The notes beneath the pieces are model-generated. The model did no database searches. It was not told the origin of the DNA and saw only the letters and a list, made by a program, of their open reading frames with translations. 64,000 nt of DNA from Heptranchias perlo (lineage: Eukaryota): contig NC_090327.1 of assembly GCF_035084215.1 (NCBI RefSeq), positions 50,220,001-50,284,000 of the forward strand. The letters run 5' to 3'. A program made the translations under genes and the position numbers. Numbering within the stretch: position 1 is the first letter of the stretch; every line of letters begins with the position of its first letter. Of this stretch, positions 48,350-61,619 are shown one piece after another.

Positions 48350-48521
48350 TTCACTGATATAGTTATTGAGGTCATTAAAATGACCATGATTAAAAGTTTA
48401 ATGCAGGCAAGACAATAAGAAAACAACACTGAATTCTAGTAAAGCGTCAGTCGATGAAATTAAGTTTTTGTGTGCAAGATGATAACAGTTGAGAGAGAGG
48501 CTTCAGAAACTCACTCCACTA

Positions 48522-48537
48522 TGCCACCTACTGGCCA
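48522..48537. promoter_or_regulatory. CTCF-like site between ZFAND1 and SLC10A5
   Basis: TGCCACCTACTGGCCA is close to the CTCF core consensus TGCCMCCTRGTGGCCA. Confidence 0.45.
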
Positions 48538-48635
48538 GACCTTGTTTGCCTAGGCAGCTTCAATGTTACCTGACATAAAAGCTGACCAAAAACCATGACA
48601 ACAGGAAGTTGGACAGAAAGTGCATACGTACGCAA

Positions 48636-50088
48636 GGGCCTGGAGTTTCTGCTTTGGCGAAATTGGCAATTGGAAGCAAATTACACCCAAAAATTGCAGT
48701 GGTGCATTTTCCGCTGAGTTTCTGCTGAACTGCATTTACATAATCACAAATGTAAAATCGGCTATAAATCAGGGCAATTCGGCAGCTCAACATGGTGTAA
48801 TCGTTTTTTTGCAATCAAAAATATTCATTGATGTATGTAAGAGATATATTGAAGATTGCAGTTTTATTAATACAGTGGAAATGGGTATATCACCAAAAAT
48901 CAGCAATTTTAATAAAGGTATCCAGTCCTGCCTGTGCGTAACCTGATTTAATGAAAATGACTCAAAAAAAACTATACTGAAGCATTTCCTACTTTCATTA
49001 CACTAGTCAGTTTTGTCAGGAAGAACAAGGAGAGGCAATATAAACTAAATAGTGCAAATCTAAAGTAGGTGCAGGAACAGAGTGTATATGTGAATAAACC
49101 TTTGAAGGTGGCAGTACAGGTTGAGAAAGCGGTTAAAAAAGCATACGGAATCCTGGGCTTTATAAATAGAGGCATAGTGTACAAAAGCAAGGAAGTCATG
49201 TTGAACCTTTATAAATCACTGGTTCAGCCACAATTGGAGTATTGTGTCTAATTCTGGGCACCGCACTTTAGGAAGGATGTGAAGACCTGCGAGAGAGTGC
49301 AGAAAAGGTTTACTAGAATGTTCCAGGAATGAGGGACTTCAGTTACGTGGATAGACTGGAGAAGCTGGGGTTGTTCTTCTTAGAGCAGAGATGGTTGTGA
49401 GGAGATTTGATAGAAGTGTTCAAAATCATGAAAGGGTTTAGATAAAATAAATCAAGAGAAACTGTCCCATTGGCGGAAGGGTCGAGAACCAGAGGACACA
49501 GATTTAAGGTGTTTGGCAAAAGAACTAAAGGCGATGAGGAAAAACTTTTTTACGCAGCGAGTAGTTATGATCTGGACTGCACTGCCTGAAGGGGTGGTGG
49601 AAGCAGATTTAATCATGGCTTTCAAAAGGAATTGGATAAATACTTGAAGGGAAAAAAAATTGCAGGGCTACGGGGAAAGAGCGGGGGAATGGGACTAACT
49701 GGATTGCTCTTACAAAGAGCCGGCACGGGCTCGATGGGCCGAATAGCCACCTTCTGTGCTGTAATCATTCTATGATTCTATGATTCTTAATAAATTTATA
49801 TTTTTTACTAATTAAAAACATTTAAACAATGCTTAGCAGTGCCTTCATGCCTAAGAAAAATAGCTTCATTTTAAAATCCTCAAACGGCTGCAGGCTGGCA
49901 CAAACAATGGAAATGTACCATCCTTGTTGTTTTGAGCGGGGGCGGGGCTAGTTTCTGCGATTTTTTTTATAGCCAGCGCAAAAGATCGCGGAAACTCATT
50001 ATGCCTGGCGTAATTCAAAATTGTCTTGCGCTGATTCGGCCGGATTCCATTGAAAAAGCCAGCGCAATCTAGTGGAAACTCTGGGCCA
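48636..50088. mobile_element. Putative non-autonomous TIR element hosting the 49010-49787 CR1
   Basis: Termini ggcctggagtttc and gaaactctgggcc are imperfect inverted repeats; CpG-rich interior shares ccag(c/t)gcaaaagatc with about 21140-21160. Confidence 0.5.
49010..49787 (+). mobile_element. CR1 3' fragment, same subfamily as 6587-9005
   Basis: Close match to 8240-9005; ttctatga tail. Confidence 0.9.
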
Positions 50089-50423
50089 AGATCTTTAAAA
50101 ATATATCTGTCAAATTTCTATAGCATTACTTACAGGAGTCAAGACCAGGTGGAGTGGGGTTTAATTGGACCAGGATGCACAGAAATAATTCAGTCCCCAT
50201 TTTAATGTCATACATAGAATCATACAGCACAGAAGGAAGCCAAGTATATATCCAATTCCCGTTCGAAAGTTACATCATGCCGTTTTATACACCGCCACGG
50301 GGGAGCATGTAATTACTGTTGAGACAAGTTTACAAAGACAATTTCATTATAAATGTGGACATAATGGAAAATTTGACAGAAATTGCAGCAGAGGTAAGAC
50401 TTTTAGTATATAGATAAATGAAA

Positions 50424-50850
50424 TGCCGGCTTGGGCTAGTGGTTGCACTTTTGACTCTGAGAAAGAAAGTAATGGGGTCAAGCCACATTCCAGGACTTGA
50501 GAACATAATCTAGGCTGGCACTTCAGGTCAGTACTGAGGGAGCAATGCATTGACGGAAGCGTCATCTTCCTAATGTGATATTAAACTGAGGCGGCATCTG
50601 CCGTTTCACATGTATGTCAAAGATCCCATGACACTAAAGCAGAAAGGGAAATTGTCCTGGCCAATGTTTATCTTTTAACTAAAGCAGATTATCTGGTCAT
50701 TTATATCATTGCTGTTTGTGGGAACTTGCTGTATGCAAATTGGCTGTTGTTTACCTACGTAACAACAGTGACTGCACGTCAAAAGTAACTCATAAGCTGT
50801 AAAGTGCTTTGGAACATAGCGTGAAAGATGTGATATAAATGCTATTTCTA
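50424..50850 (+). mobile_element. Deu-domain SINE copy
   Basis: Colinear with 22825-23272. Confidence 0.75.
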
Positions 50851-51414
50851 TGTATAACTTATTTTTGTATCCTGATATTATGCTGGATTTAAGATTATGC
50901 TGAATTCAAGTGCAATTTCAAAAGCTGATGGTTTGTTAGTTCTGTCACAAACATATTAATACCGCTGTATGTTTCATGTGATCCCCAATGGTATGTGGTC
51001 TGTGTGGGAGATGGGATAATTTAGATGAAGGGACTGTTTTCTTACTCTTTATAAATGGAAGGTGGAACAAAGTATTTTAATCAGTGTGAAGATTTGAAGA
51101 AAAATTTAAAGCTGTATTCCCTCCCTCCCCATTTTTAAACATCCTAACTAGCACTTTTCAATTTTGGTTTCCCGCGTGCTTTTTTAAACTCCACTTATAG
51201 CACAGTGATATCAAATGCCATTGGAAATTGCAGCAAACATGCTACATGATGTTAACTTGTGTAACAAGGCTAACGTCAGCAGTGCATTGACTACATAGAA
51301 ACATGAGAGAATACAATAAAGTCTAAAAGTTGTATGATTCATAATGGCCTAATTTTATTTTTGCTGCAGTTTTTCCAAGCTATTTATACATTAGAACATT
51401 CTATTGATAATTAA

Positions 51415-51740
51415 GGGATGGTGACTGGTTGGCATAGTTGGTTTACACATTGTCTTTTCCTCTTAGAACTTATTAGTAAAAATTCAACCTAAAGTAATGA
51501 AAGTATCTTCTCTGCAAACTTGTGAGGACTTTACATAAAATTATTTCAGCCCATTTCCCAGTAAGTGTAGACCTGTAACCCAAAATTGCTGATACAGGGG
51601 CAAACTCATTGGTCTGGTGAGGCCAAAAGGAAATAGAACAAAATCACACTGGTGCTTTTCTGATACTGGGGTACGCATTGTGGAAGCAGACTGTTTTAAT
51701 ACATGCTGCCAGAAGAGGAAAAGGTTTTCCATTCGCCAGC
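51415..51740 (+). mobile_element. Degraded ancient SINE (LF-SINE-like)
   Basis: tRNA-like head and cagcccatttcccagt...gaggccaaaagg blocks; loose similarity recalled from memory. Confidence 0.35.
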
Positions 51741-52014
51741 ATCGGCACTTTATATTCTCACTTTGATGAGAATATAAAATAAATTTTTTTTAAAATAATT
51801 GTGGGATTCTGTAGCTTTAAATACAACAGATGCTGTAAATCTCTATCCTCATAACAAAATGCGTTGCACACCTAAATCATGATTTAAGTATGACACAAAG
51901 AGTATGCTACTGCCTTCAAACAGTGAAATACAATTAACTCTTCACATGGTACAACAACACTTCAATTATGGGAGTCTGTTTTCAGTTTGAAATTGGCTAA
52001 TGATTTACAGGCTT

Positions 52015-52236
52015 CAACAACAACTTGCATTTATACAGTACCTTTAACATAGTAAAACATCCGAAGGCACTTCACAGGGGCGTTATCAAACAAAATTTGA
52101 CACCAAGCCATATAAGGAGATATTAGGACAGGTGGCCAAAAGCTTGGTCAAAGAGATAGGTTTTAAGGACTGTCTTAAAGGAGGAGAGAGAGGCGGAGAG
52201 GTTTAGGGAGGGAATTCCAGAGCTTAGGGCCTAGGC
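52015..52236 (-). mobile_element. L2 LINE 3' tail
   Basis: Matches 43088-43320. Confidence 0.82.
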
Positions 52237-52434
52237 AAAAACGTGTCTTTGCACTGATCTGAAATGATGCTACATCGGGTCCAAGTGGTGCCAGATGACC
52301 ATCTTTTGCCACTAAGTCACTGACCTGACTCCTGTACCGCTTTTGTATTGGAAACTGGTTTGCATCGACACAAAAGCAGTAACGTGGCAATATGGTAAGT
52401 TCATCATCTGAAGAACATAAGAACATAAGAACAT

Positions 52435-53675
52435 CAATTCGCTCCATGTGACATCAAGAAATGGCTGAGTGCACTGGACACTCAAAGGCTACGGGACCTG
52501 ACAATATTCCGGTTGTAATGCTGAAGACCTGTGCTCCAGAATTAGTCTCGCCCTTAACTAAGCTGTTCCAGTACAGCTACAACACTGTGGAAAATTGCTC
52601 AGCTAGGTCGTGTCAACAAAAAACAGGACAAATCCAACCAGGCCAATTACACCCCCATCAGCCTACTCCCATTCATCAGCAAAGTGATGGAAGGAGTCGT
52701 CAACAGTGCTATCAAGTGGCACTTACTCGCTCACCGATGCTCAGTTTGGGTTCCCAGAACCACTTGGCTCCAGACCTCATTACAGCCTTGGTCCAAACAT
52801 GGACACAAGAGTTGAATTCCAGAGATGAGATGAGAGTGACTGACCTTGACATCAAGGCAACATTTGACTGAATGTTCCACCAAGATGCGCTAGTAAAACT
52901 GAAGTCAGTTGGGATCAAGGGAAAAATTCTCCAGTGGCTAGAGTCATACCCAGCACAAAGGAAGATGGTTGTGGTCATTGGAGGCCAATCATCTCAGTAC
53001 CAGGACATCGCTGCATCAGTTCTTCAAGGCAGTGTCTTGAACTGGACCAGCCATATAAATGCCGTGACTACTAGAGCAGATCAAAGGCTGGGTATTCTGC
53101 GTTGAGTGACTTACCTCCTGACTCCCCTAAGCCTATCTACCACCTGCAAGGCACAAGTCACTAGTGTGATGGAATGCCCTCCACTTGTCTGGATAGATGC
53201 AGTTCCAACAACACTCAACAAGCTCGACACTACCAGGACAAAGCAGTCTGCTTGATCGGCAGCCCATCCACCATGCTAAACATACAATCCCTCCACCACT
53301 GGCGCACCGTGGCTGCAGTGTGTACTATTTACAGGATGTACTGCAGCAACTTGCTAAGACTTCTTCGGCAGCAACCCCCAAACCCACAACCTTCACCACC
53401 TAGAAGGACAAGGGCAGCAAGTGCATGGGAATACCCATCACCTCCAAGTTCCCCTCCAAGTCACACACCATCCCAATTTGGACATATATTGCCATTCCTT
53501 CATTGTCACTGGGTCAAAATCCAAAATCCTGGAACTCCCGACTAAACAACATTGTTCACTACACAGACTGCAGCAGTTAAAGAAGGCGGTGCACCACTGC
53601 CTTCTCAAGGGAAACTAGCGATGGGCAATAAATGCCCGCCTTGCCAGCAATGCCCACATCCCAAGAATGAATAAA
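52435..53675 (+). mobile_element. CR1-Zenon-like LINE fragment with internal deletion
   Basis: Parallels 46350-47945. Confidence 0.85.
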
Positions 53676-55261
53676 TGATTAAACATTTTTTACATGTTCT
53701 TATGATATTCTGGATTAATGAAGTTTGAATATTTATAATGTCATATTAATATTTAACAAAAGAAAATCTGTTTCTGCTTCACATTTTATTGATATTGTGA
53801 AGTGCAACATACTCATCTATTACAACATAAATCATGTTTTTTCCACTATTATCTCTTAGCAGAAGTCTGAAAAAATAATCAGTTGATACATCACATAAAT
53901 AAATTGATTCAACTGGCATATCTTCATCGACACTCAAAGCTATTCCTAACACATATGAGTCATAGTTTTGTGAGGCAAGGCTCCCTGGCTGGGAGTGCAA
54001 GTGACAATATCAGCCCTATTATCAGTCTTACAGCCCTAACTTCATCTTACACCTCATGTAGCGAGGTTGCATGCTAAGAGTAGAATCTCTAAAATTACCT
54101 CTGTGAAATCAACTCTGGAGTAGAAATTATGATTGGTGCCATTCTGATACCAACACTTAATACACTTGTACCAAATTCCTCTCTGTGGCATTTAAATAGG
54201 GTAACACCTGTGTTAAAATAGAGGTATTTGGTACCAGCGTGCAAAGTGTCCATCTGAGAGCAGTACCCATTGTAATTTTCTTCTCTAGTAATTCTATGAC
54301 AGTTGATGTATTGAACTATAATAGGTGGATCTTGCTGTTCCTTGTTATTGGACATATGCCACTTGTATATATGCTGCTATAAAAATACCTATTTAAATTG
54401 AGCAAGTCATATCCCTTCTTTCAAAAGGAGAATCCAGTTGACCCCAGGGATATTTGGGCGTTGTCTTCAGCCATTTCTTTGAATTTAGCCTTTCAAATTG
54501 GGTTAATTATTTTTGTTTTGCTCTGATCAACTTCACTTCAGCTTCAAGTGCAGAACTCCGTTATGAATAGTAATAATGGACTGGTTCAAGGCTTGTTAGT
54601 TTTTGTTAATGGGACATTCTGGAATTTGTAATAGTTTAGTTTTACAGGTGTGTGGATGTGCAGACTTTGGTTTTAGAATCACATTATTGTGCAAGCAGTT
54701 TAAATCATACTTACAGCATGGTTATAGTTGTTTAACCATTTAAGCAATGTGAGGACTTTGAACTACATAACACGACGGGTGATAATAGTTGGAATGCAAC
54801 CAAATCTGTTAATATTTTCACTGCAGGTGAAGAGCATGCAAATAAATTTCTTTTTTTTACTTTCTAATAACTTGGTCCTGGAAATCAAAGTAAGGTACGA
54901 AATAATCTATTTGGAGCTACCAACAAGGAAGCACTGAGTAAAAAATACAGCAATTTATGTCAATCATTGACCAATTTCAGAACGGTGATTCATCATTTTA
55001 CTGTAAAACCACTGGAACAGATAACGAATACTATCGAAGTTGCATTTTCTTTCTCTCCTTTCGGACACTCCAGTAAGTGCTGAAATTAAAAGAAATTCTA
55101 ATAATTCTTCTGAAAAGGAAAATATAGTCAATGCAGTGTGAAGATATGGAAATAAGTGGCCAAGTTCAGCAAGTCTGTCGTACTGGGGCATAGGAAAACC
55201 TGGAATAAAAACTTTTGAAGCAGTGGATTGCAACAACGTCTGCAGTTAAATTATAACCGGA

Positions 55262-56548
55262 ATGGGGCAGATGTTTTATCTTGTTTGGATCTTCTTAGTA
55301 ACAATGGGACGATCAAAGAATTCTGCTATGACAATTCAACGTCTAAATTCTGACAAGGATCTTAAGGTTTTAGAAAAGGCACAAGGTGCATTTATTGTTT
55401 CATCTACATATGTGAAGCATGATTTCAGAGGAGAAGAGCAGAATCTAAAGATTGGGACGATAGTTAATGTGATTCTTGGATCAGATCCGGCCACATACAA
55501 GGTTTATATAAAACCTGGTGAAATAAGAGCGAGCAGCCTGGAAATCAAGCTCTGGGATTCCCTGGAAGGCAGTGATGTCCTGGTTGAGCATAAAAATGGC
55601 AGCAAACCTCAAGTGATTCCAAATACATCCATGAGAAATTTAACTGAACCACAAAAACGTTTCACTGCAACCCCTCTGATGTATTTGCTCATTCTATTGG
55701 TTTTATTGAACAAATGTGCTTTCGGGTGCAAAATTGATTTGGAAACCTTAGTTAATACCTGGAACCAGCCCCATCCTGTTGTTATTGGTGCTGTTGTCCA
55801 GTTTGTAGTAATGCCACTCTACGGGTTTCTTTTAACAAGGCTGGTTCAGTTGAACGAAGCTTTGTCTCTGGGCTTTATCATGGCTTGCTCTTGTCCTGGT
55901 GGAGGAGGCGGTTATCTCTATGCTCTATTATTGGATGGAAATGTCACATTGGCTGTTACTATGACATTCACATCTACAGTGTTAGCAGTTTTTCTGATGC
56001 CAGTGTCTTTATCAATATTCAGTGTCATTTTGGGTACATCAAATAATCTACACATTCCATTCTTTACAATTGGGTCCACCCTCCTTTCTATTGCAGTACC
56101 TATGTCGTTTGGAATATACCTCAAACATAAAATTCCTAAGGTAGCCAAAATCTTTGAAAGAATAATAAAGCCGTTTAGTATAGTGATAATCACAGTAGGT
56201 TTTTATCTTGGTTTCAAAATGGGATCCACGTTCCTACAGAGCGCTGACCCAAAATTGTTTCCCATTGGATTACTAGTCCCAGCATTTGGTCTCTTTACTG
56301 GATACTTCTCTGCCAGCTATTACAAACTCCCTCTTAGAGTTTGTAAGACCGTGGCAATAGAAAGTGGAGTCCAGAACACATTAATAGCATTGGCAATGTT
56401 GCAGTTTTCTTTCTCTCAAGCAGAGGCTGATGCAAGCTCTGCTGCTCCTTTTATTGTAGCTCTGAGTGCAGCCTATGAGATTATATTACTGTTAATATTT
56501 TATAACTGCAGAAAAAGACTTAAAACCAATAAAACACTGCATTTATAA
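55262..56548 (+). CDS. SLC10A5: Sodium/bile acid cotransporter family member SLC10A5, intronless CDS
   Basis: 428-aa ORF with hydrophobic N-terminus, LNKCAFGCKI, CSCPGGGGGYL and KTVAIESGVQN motifs, multiple TM helices; syntenic next to ZFAND1. Confidence 0.92.
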   Translation: MGQMFYLVWIFLVTMGRSKNSAMTIQRLNSDKDLKVLEKAQGAFIVSSTYVKHDFRGEEQNLKIGTIVNVILGSDPATYKVYIKPGEIRASSLEIKLWDSLEGSDVLVEHKNGSKPQVIPNTSMRNLTEPQKRFTATPLMYLLILLVLLNKCAFGCKIDLETLVNTWNQPHPVVIGAVVQFVVMPLYGFLLTRLVQLNEALSLGFIMACSCPGGGGGYLYALLLDGNVTLAVTMTFTSTVLAVFLMPVSLSIFSVILGTSNNLHIPFFTIGSTLLSIAVPMSFGIYLKHKIPKVAKIFERIIKPFSIVIITVGFYLGFKMGSTFLQSADPKLFPIGLLVPAFGLFTGYFSASYYKLPLRVCKTVAIESGVQNTLIALAMLQFSFSQAEADASSAAPFIVALSAAYEIILLLIFYNCRKRLKTNKTLHL

Positions 56549-57677
56549 GTTTTTCTTTCAAATGTTCTCTTCAAGAGTTGTAGGTAGAGTTTCAAACAGT
56601 CAAGTGCCACTAATTACAAAGTGTTAGTCTCAAATTCCCAAATTATTTTTGGGTTAAATAATCAAATAGCTCACAAGATTCAGAGCAACTTATTCAGCTA
56701 GATATCTATATAATAGGCAATAGTAGGATATTGAAAGGTTCAGTATCATATCACTATACAAGACTTAACAATTGATTTAATAGTTTAATGTTTCCTAGGA
56801 GTTGACTGCTAACTTCAGTACAATAGAATATGATAAGAGGCAAGCTACTGTTTCATGTTAGTCCCAATGGCAAAATTGGTCTTGCATTCCTTAGGGTTAA
56901 ATTTACAATGTAACAGTAGCATTTACATGAAGCACAACTGCTTTGAGTTGTGAGTTGAATTTCTCCCCTTAACAGCTCTTTGCATGATAAATTCTTCTAA
57001 CTTCCCTCATTGTGCTTCTAGTACTAATCTAAACCTTATGACCCTTTGTTACCAATCCATTGACCCATGCACCACTAAATCTCTCTGTCCCTCCACTACA
57101 CTGTGAATTTTTAAAATTTAGGGTATATTTCAATTCTCGATTATTTTTCCCAAAATGTAGCCCTTCACATTTGTCTTAATTGAATTGTATTTGCCACATA
57201 TCTGCCCAGTCTCTAATGATTAAAGTACCAAAACTAAGCAACTAGGTTTTAGGATCTGATTTTTAAAAAATGTTTCATATACGTCTAAACATGTCAGAAA
57301 TGGCTGCAACATACTTTGATTTATAGCTTCTATGAGTGTGACACATTTTTAAACAACATTAGACTTTTTGTGTACATGTATTTTTACTTGAAATTTGTTT
57401 TGTACAAAATAGAATGCATAACACTCACCTGCTCATCTTCTATTTATTTAAGCATTTTGAGAGCAACCATCCCATTCCAGATATCACACTCTGTTCACTT
57501 GTGATTTGTTGGTGCTCAATCATAAAAAGTGTGTAATAAAAGAAAGAAACTTCATTATTTCCTTCTATTTGTTTCTGACCTTGTGACCTGGAGAGGATAC
57601 TAAAATAAGAAGAGCCAAGCAGGAATGTCATGTGGCTGTGATGTTAGCGGCAGCTGCAGGTAGATCCTGGGATTTTT

Positions 57678-58213
57678 TTAATATTCGTTCATGGGATGTG
57701 GGCGTCGCTGGCAAGGCCAGCATTTATTGCCCATCCCTAATTGCCCTTGAGAAGGTGGTGGTGAGCTGCCTTCTTGAACCGCTGCAGTCCGTGTTGTGAA
57801 GCTTCTCCCACAGTGCTGTTTGGTAGGGAGTTCGAGGATTTTGACCCAGCGACGAGTCAGGATGGTGTGTGAGTTGGAGGGGAACGTACAGGTGGTGTTG
57901 TTCCCATGTGTCTGCTGCCCTTGTCCTTCTAGGTGGCAGAGGTCGCGGGTTTGGGAGGTGCTGTCAAAAAAGTCTTGGCGAGTTGCTGCAGTGCATCCTG
58001 TGGATGGTACACACTGCAGCCATGGTGCGCGGTGGTGAAGGGAGTGAACGTTTAGGGTGGTGGATGGGGTGCCAATCAAGCGGGCTGCTTTGTCCTGGAT
58101 GGTGTTGAGCTTCTTGAGTGTTGTTGGAGCTGCACTCATCCAGGCAAGTGGAGAGTATTCCATCACACTCTTGACTTGTGCCTTGTAGATGGTGGAAAGG
58201 CTTTGGGGAGTCA
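57678..58213 (-). mobile_element. CR1-Zenon-like 3' fragment
   Basis: TPQSLSTIYKAQVKSVMEYSPLAW plus the family tail. Confidence 0.88.
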
Positions 58214-58949
58214 CTGGGGAGGGAGGCAGGGTGAGGCCGAGGGGGGCCCAGGCTTGCAGCGACCTACAGTATTTTTATGGAGCCCAGAAGAGCATTCCTA
58301 TTCTTCCTGGCCCCACAAAAAAGTGAAACTTACCCTTACATGGCCTCTTTGACACTAACACCAGTGAAACTGATGCATATTCTGACCAGTTCTCTCCAAA
58401 AATGGCATTTGGGATCCTATACACCTCTAGGACCTCAATTTGCATCTTTAAAGGGGCCTTCCACCTGAAACAGATGCTTTGACTTCCCAGTGGTGGGCCT
58501 CTTTGAAAGTTGCGGTGTGCCAATTGTCGGGGTTAATGGGTGGTGTCCACCGATCATATTTTGAGGCCGTTACTATCCCGTTATTGCTGATTTCGGCCCC
58601 ATGAACTGAAATTTTTATTTATTTTGCTGAATTTTGAATAAAATTTACTTTATTTTAGTTGTTCATTACTAGGAGATGTTTATACTTGTCTATTTGGTGT
58701 CTTAACTATAGGCTAGCTGAATCAGTAATAGGTTAATTACTTTTTTCAATAGGTAGTGTGTTTATTTTCTTATCAGCTGTTTGAGACAGTATAAGTTTGA
58801 GCTGAGTAGGAAGAGGTCATTCTCAAGGTATAAGAGGTCTATGGAGTGTGAAAGGCCAGGCGAGTTTAGTTTTAGTGGAAATGACTGAGACAAGAGTACT
58901 GAAACTTTTATTTATTTATTTTACTGTATTTTGTATTTAAGTATTTTGC

Positions 58950-61540
58950 TAAATATAGTTGATTTAAATTTGGACATGGGGAGCAAAATTTTGAAGTTTG
59001 CTGATGACACAAAAGTAAAGTGTTTAGTAAATAAGGTGGATTGTAAACAACTTCCGGAAGACACAGGTTAGCGGAATGGGCAGGTAAGTGGCAGATGCAA
59101 TTTAATGTGGATATGTGTCAGGTAATACATTTAAGGAGGTAAAATAAGGAATGGGGGTACATACTCAGTGGAACATTGCTACAGAGTGTAGGCGAACAAA
59201 GAGACTAAGGGGTTCAAATACATAATTCCCTGAAACTGCAAAGCCATTTCAAATATAAGGCTAACAGCGTTTTGAGTTTTATAAATAGGTGCATAGAGTA
59301 TGAGAGTAAAGAAGTAATGATAAATTTGAACAAAATACTGGTTAGATCACAGTTAGGCTACTGTGTGCAGCTTTGAGCATACCATTATAGAAAGAATATT
59401 AAAGAATAGAGAGGGAGATAGAACCAGTCCAGAGAACTATAGACCAATTAGCTTAACGTTGGTGGTAGGAAAGATAATGGAATCCTTACTCGAAGATGTG
59501 AAATAGAATAGAAAAACATCTAGAAACCGAAAATATAATAAAGAACAGTCAGCACGGATTTCAAAAGGAAAGGGCATGCTTGACCAACCTTATTGAATTC
59601 TTTGAAGAAGTAACAGAAAGGGTAGACAAGGGTAATGCACTAGATGTAATATATTTGGATCTCAAAAGGCCTTCGATAAGGTATCACATTGTAGACTCAT
59701 GACTAAGGTCAGAGCATGTGGAGTCAGGGGACATGTAGCAGAATGGATAGCAAGCTGGCTACAAAACAGAAATCAGAGAGTAGGGGTCAAAGGTAGTTAC
59801 TCAGACTGGCAAAAGGTGGGAAGTGATGTTCCACAAGGATTGGTGCTGGGACCATCGTTGTTCACCATTTACATAAACAATTTGGACTCAGGAATTGGAA
59901 GAGCACTTTTAAAATTTGCGGACGACACCAAATTGGGGGTATAGTTAACACCGAGGAGGACTGCAACAAAATACAGGAAGATATTAATAAACTGGTAGAA
60001 TAAGCATGTAATTGGCAAATGAATTTCAATATAGATAAGTGTGAGGTATTACATTTTGGTAGGAAGGATAAGTGGGCCACGTACTGCTTGGATAATAAGA
60101 GTCTAAAAGGGGTAGAGGAGCAGAGGGATCTGGGATACAGATATACAAATCACTAAAAGTAACGACGCAGGTTAATAAGGCCATAAAAAAAGCAAACCAA
60201 GCACAGAGGTTCATTTCTAGATAGAATTGTAAAGCAGAGAAGTTATATTAAACTTGTGTAGAACCTTGGTTAAACCACACTTGGAGTACTATGTACAGTT
60301 CTGGTCTCCATATTATAAAAAGGATGTAGAGGCACTGGAGAAGGTGCAAAAAATATTTTTTTATTCATTCATGGGATGTGGGCATTGCTGGCAAGGCCAG
60401 CATTTATTGCCCATCCCTAATTTCACTTGAGAAGGTGGTGGTGAGCCGCCTTCTTGAACCGCTGCAGTCCGTGTGATGAAGGTACTCCCACAGTGCTGTT
60501 AGGTAGGGAGTTCTAGGATTTTGACCCAGCGACGAGGAAGGAACGGCAATTTATTTCCAAGTCAGGATGGTATGTAACTTGGAGGGGAACGTGCAGGTGG
60601 TGGTGTTCCCATGTGCCTGCTGCCCTTGTCCTTCTAGGTGGTAGAGGTCGCGGGTTTGGGAGGCGCTGTCGATTTACCAGGATTATACCAGAACTGAGAG
60701 GACAGAGAAAAAGGACAGAGGGGTGACCTGATAGAGGTCTTTAAGATTATGAAAGGGTTTGATAGGATAGACGTAGAGAAGATGCTTCCATTTGTGGGGG
60801 AGACCAGATCTAGGGACCATAAATATAAGATAGTCACTAATAAATCCAATAAGGAATTCAGGAGAGACTTCTTTACACAGAGAGTGGTTAGAACGTGGAA
60901 CTCGCCATCACAAGGAGTAGTTGAGGCGACTAGTATTGATGCATTTAATGGGAAGCTAGATAAACACAAGAGGGGGAAAGGAATAGAAGGACATGCCGGT
61001 AGGGTTAGATGAAGTAAGGAGGGAGGAGGCTCGTGTGCAGCATAAACACTGATATCGACCTGTCGAGCCGAATGGCCTGTTTCTGTGCTGTACATTCGAT
61101 GTAATTCTAAGTAGGGTACAGCACAGTTCTAAGTAGGGTACGCCAGGAGGATGCCATGGAAATTTATAATTATAAAAATAAACAAAATATTGGGACCATT
61201 TTCACTGGAGCAGACAAAGATAAGAGATTTAATAGAGATTTCTAACATTTTGGTAAATTAACTGAGAAAAGACTTTGGTTGGGGAGTCAGTAACAAAGGG
61301 GCTTCAAATTAAAACTGTCACTACAGAGTTAGGAGAAAGTGTTGCTGGAGCATTGAATACTTTGCCATAGGGATTGGTTAAAGCAGAGACCGTTGCATAT
61401 TTTAAGGGAAAATTGGATAAATAATTGAAGCAGAGGAAAATACGAGCCTATGGGAAAAGAGCAGGGCAGTGGGATTAGATTTGCATTGCACTAGCAATGA
61501 GCCAGCACAGACAGGATGAGCCGAATGGCCTCCTAAGTTG
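58950..61540 (+). mobile_element. Three-level nest: old CR1 containing a younger CR1 (about 59420-61110), which contains a Zenon-like tail (-, about 60357-60672)
   Basis: RT remnants resume colinearly after each insertion (LEKVQK...FTRIIP). Confidence 0.8.
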
Positions 61541-61619
61541 TAAACTGCAGTTTAAATCCTCACAACGTGTCCTCAGGCTGTCATTGAGCCTGTGACAGCT
61601 TTTGCTTCTGTTCCAGGTT

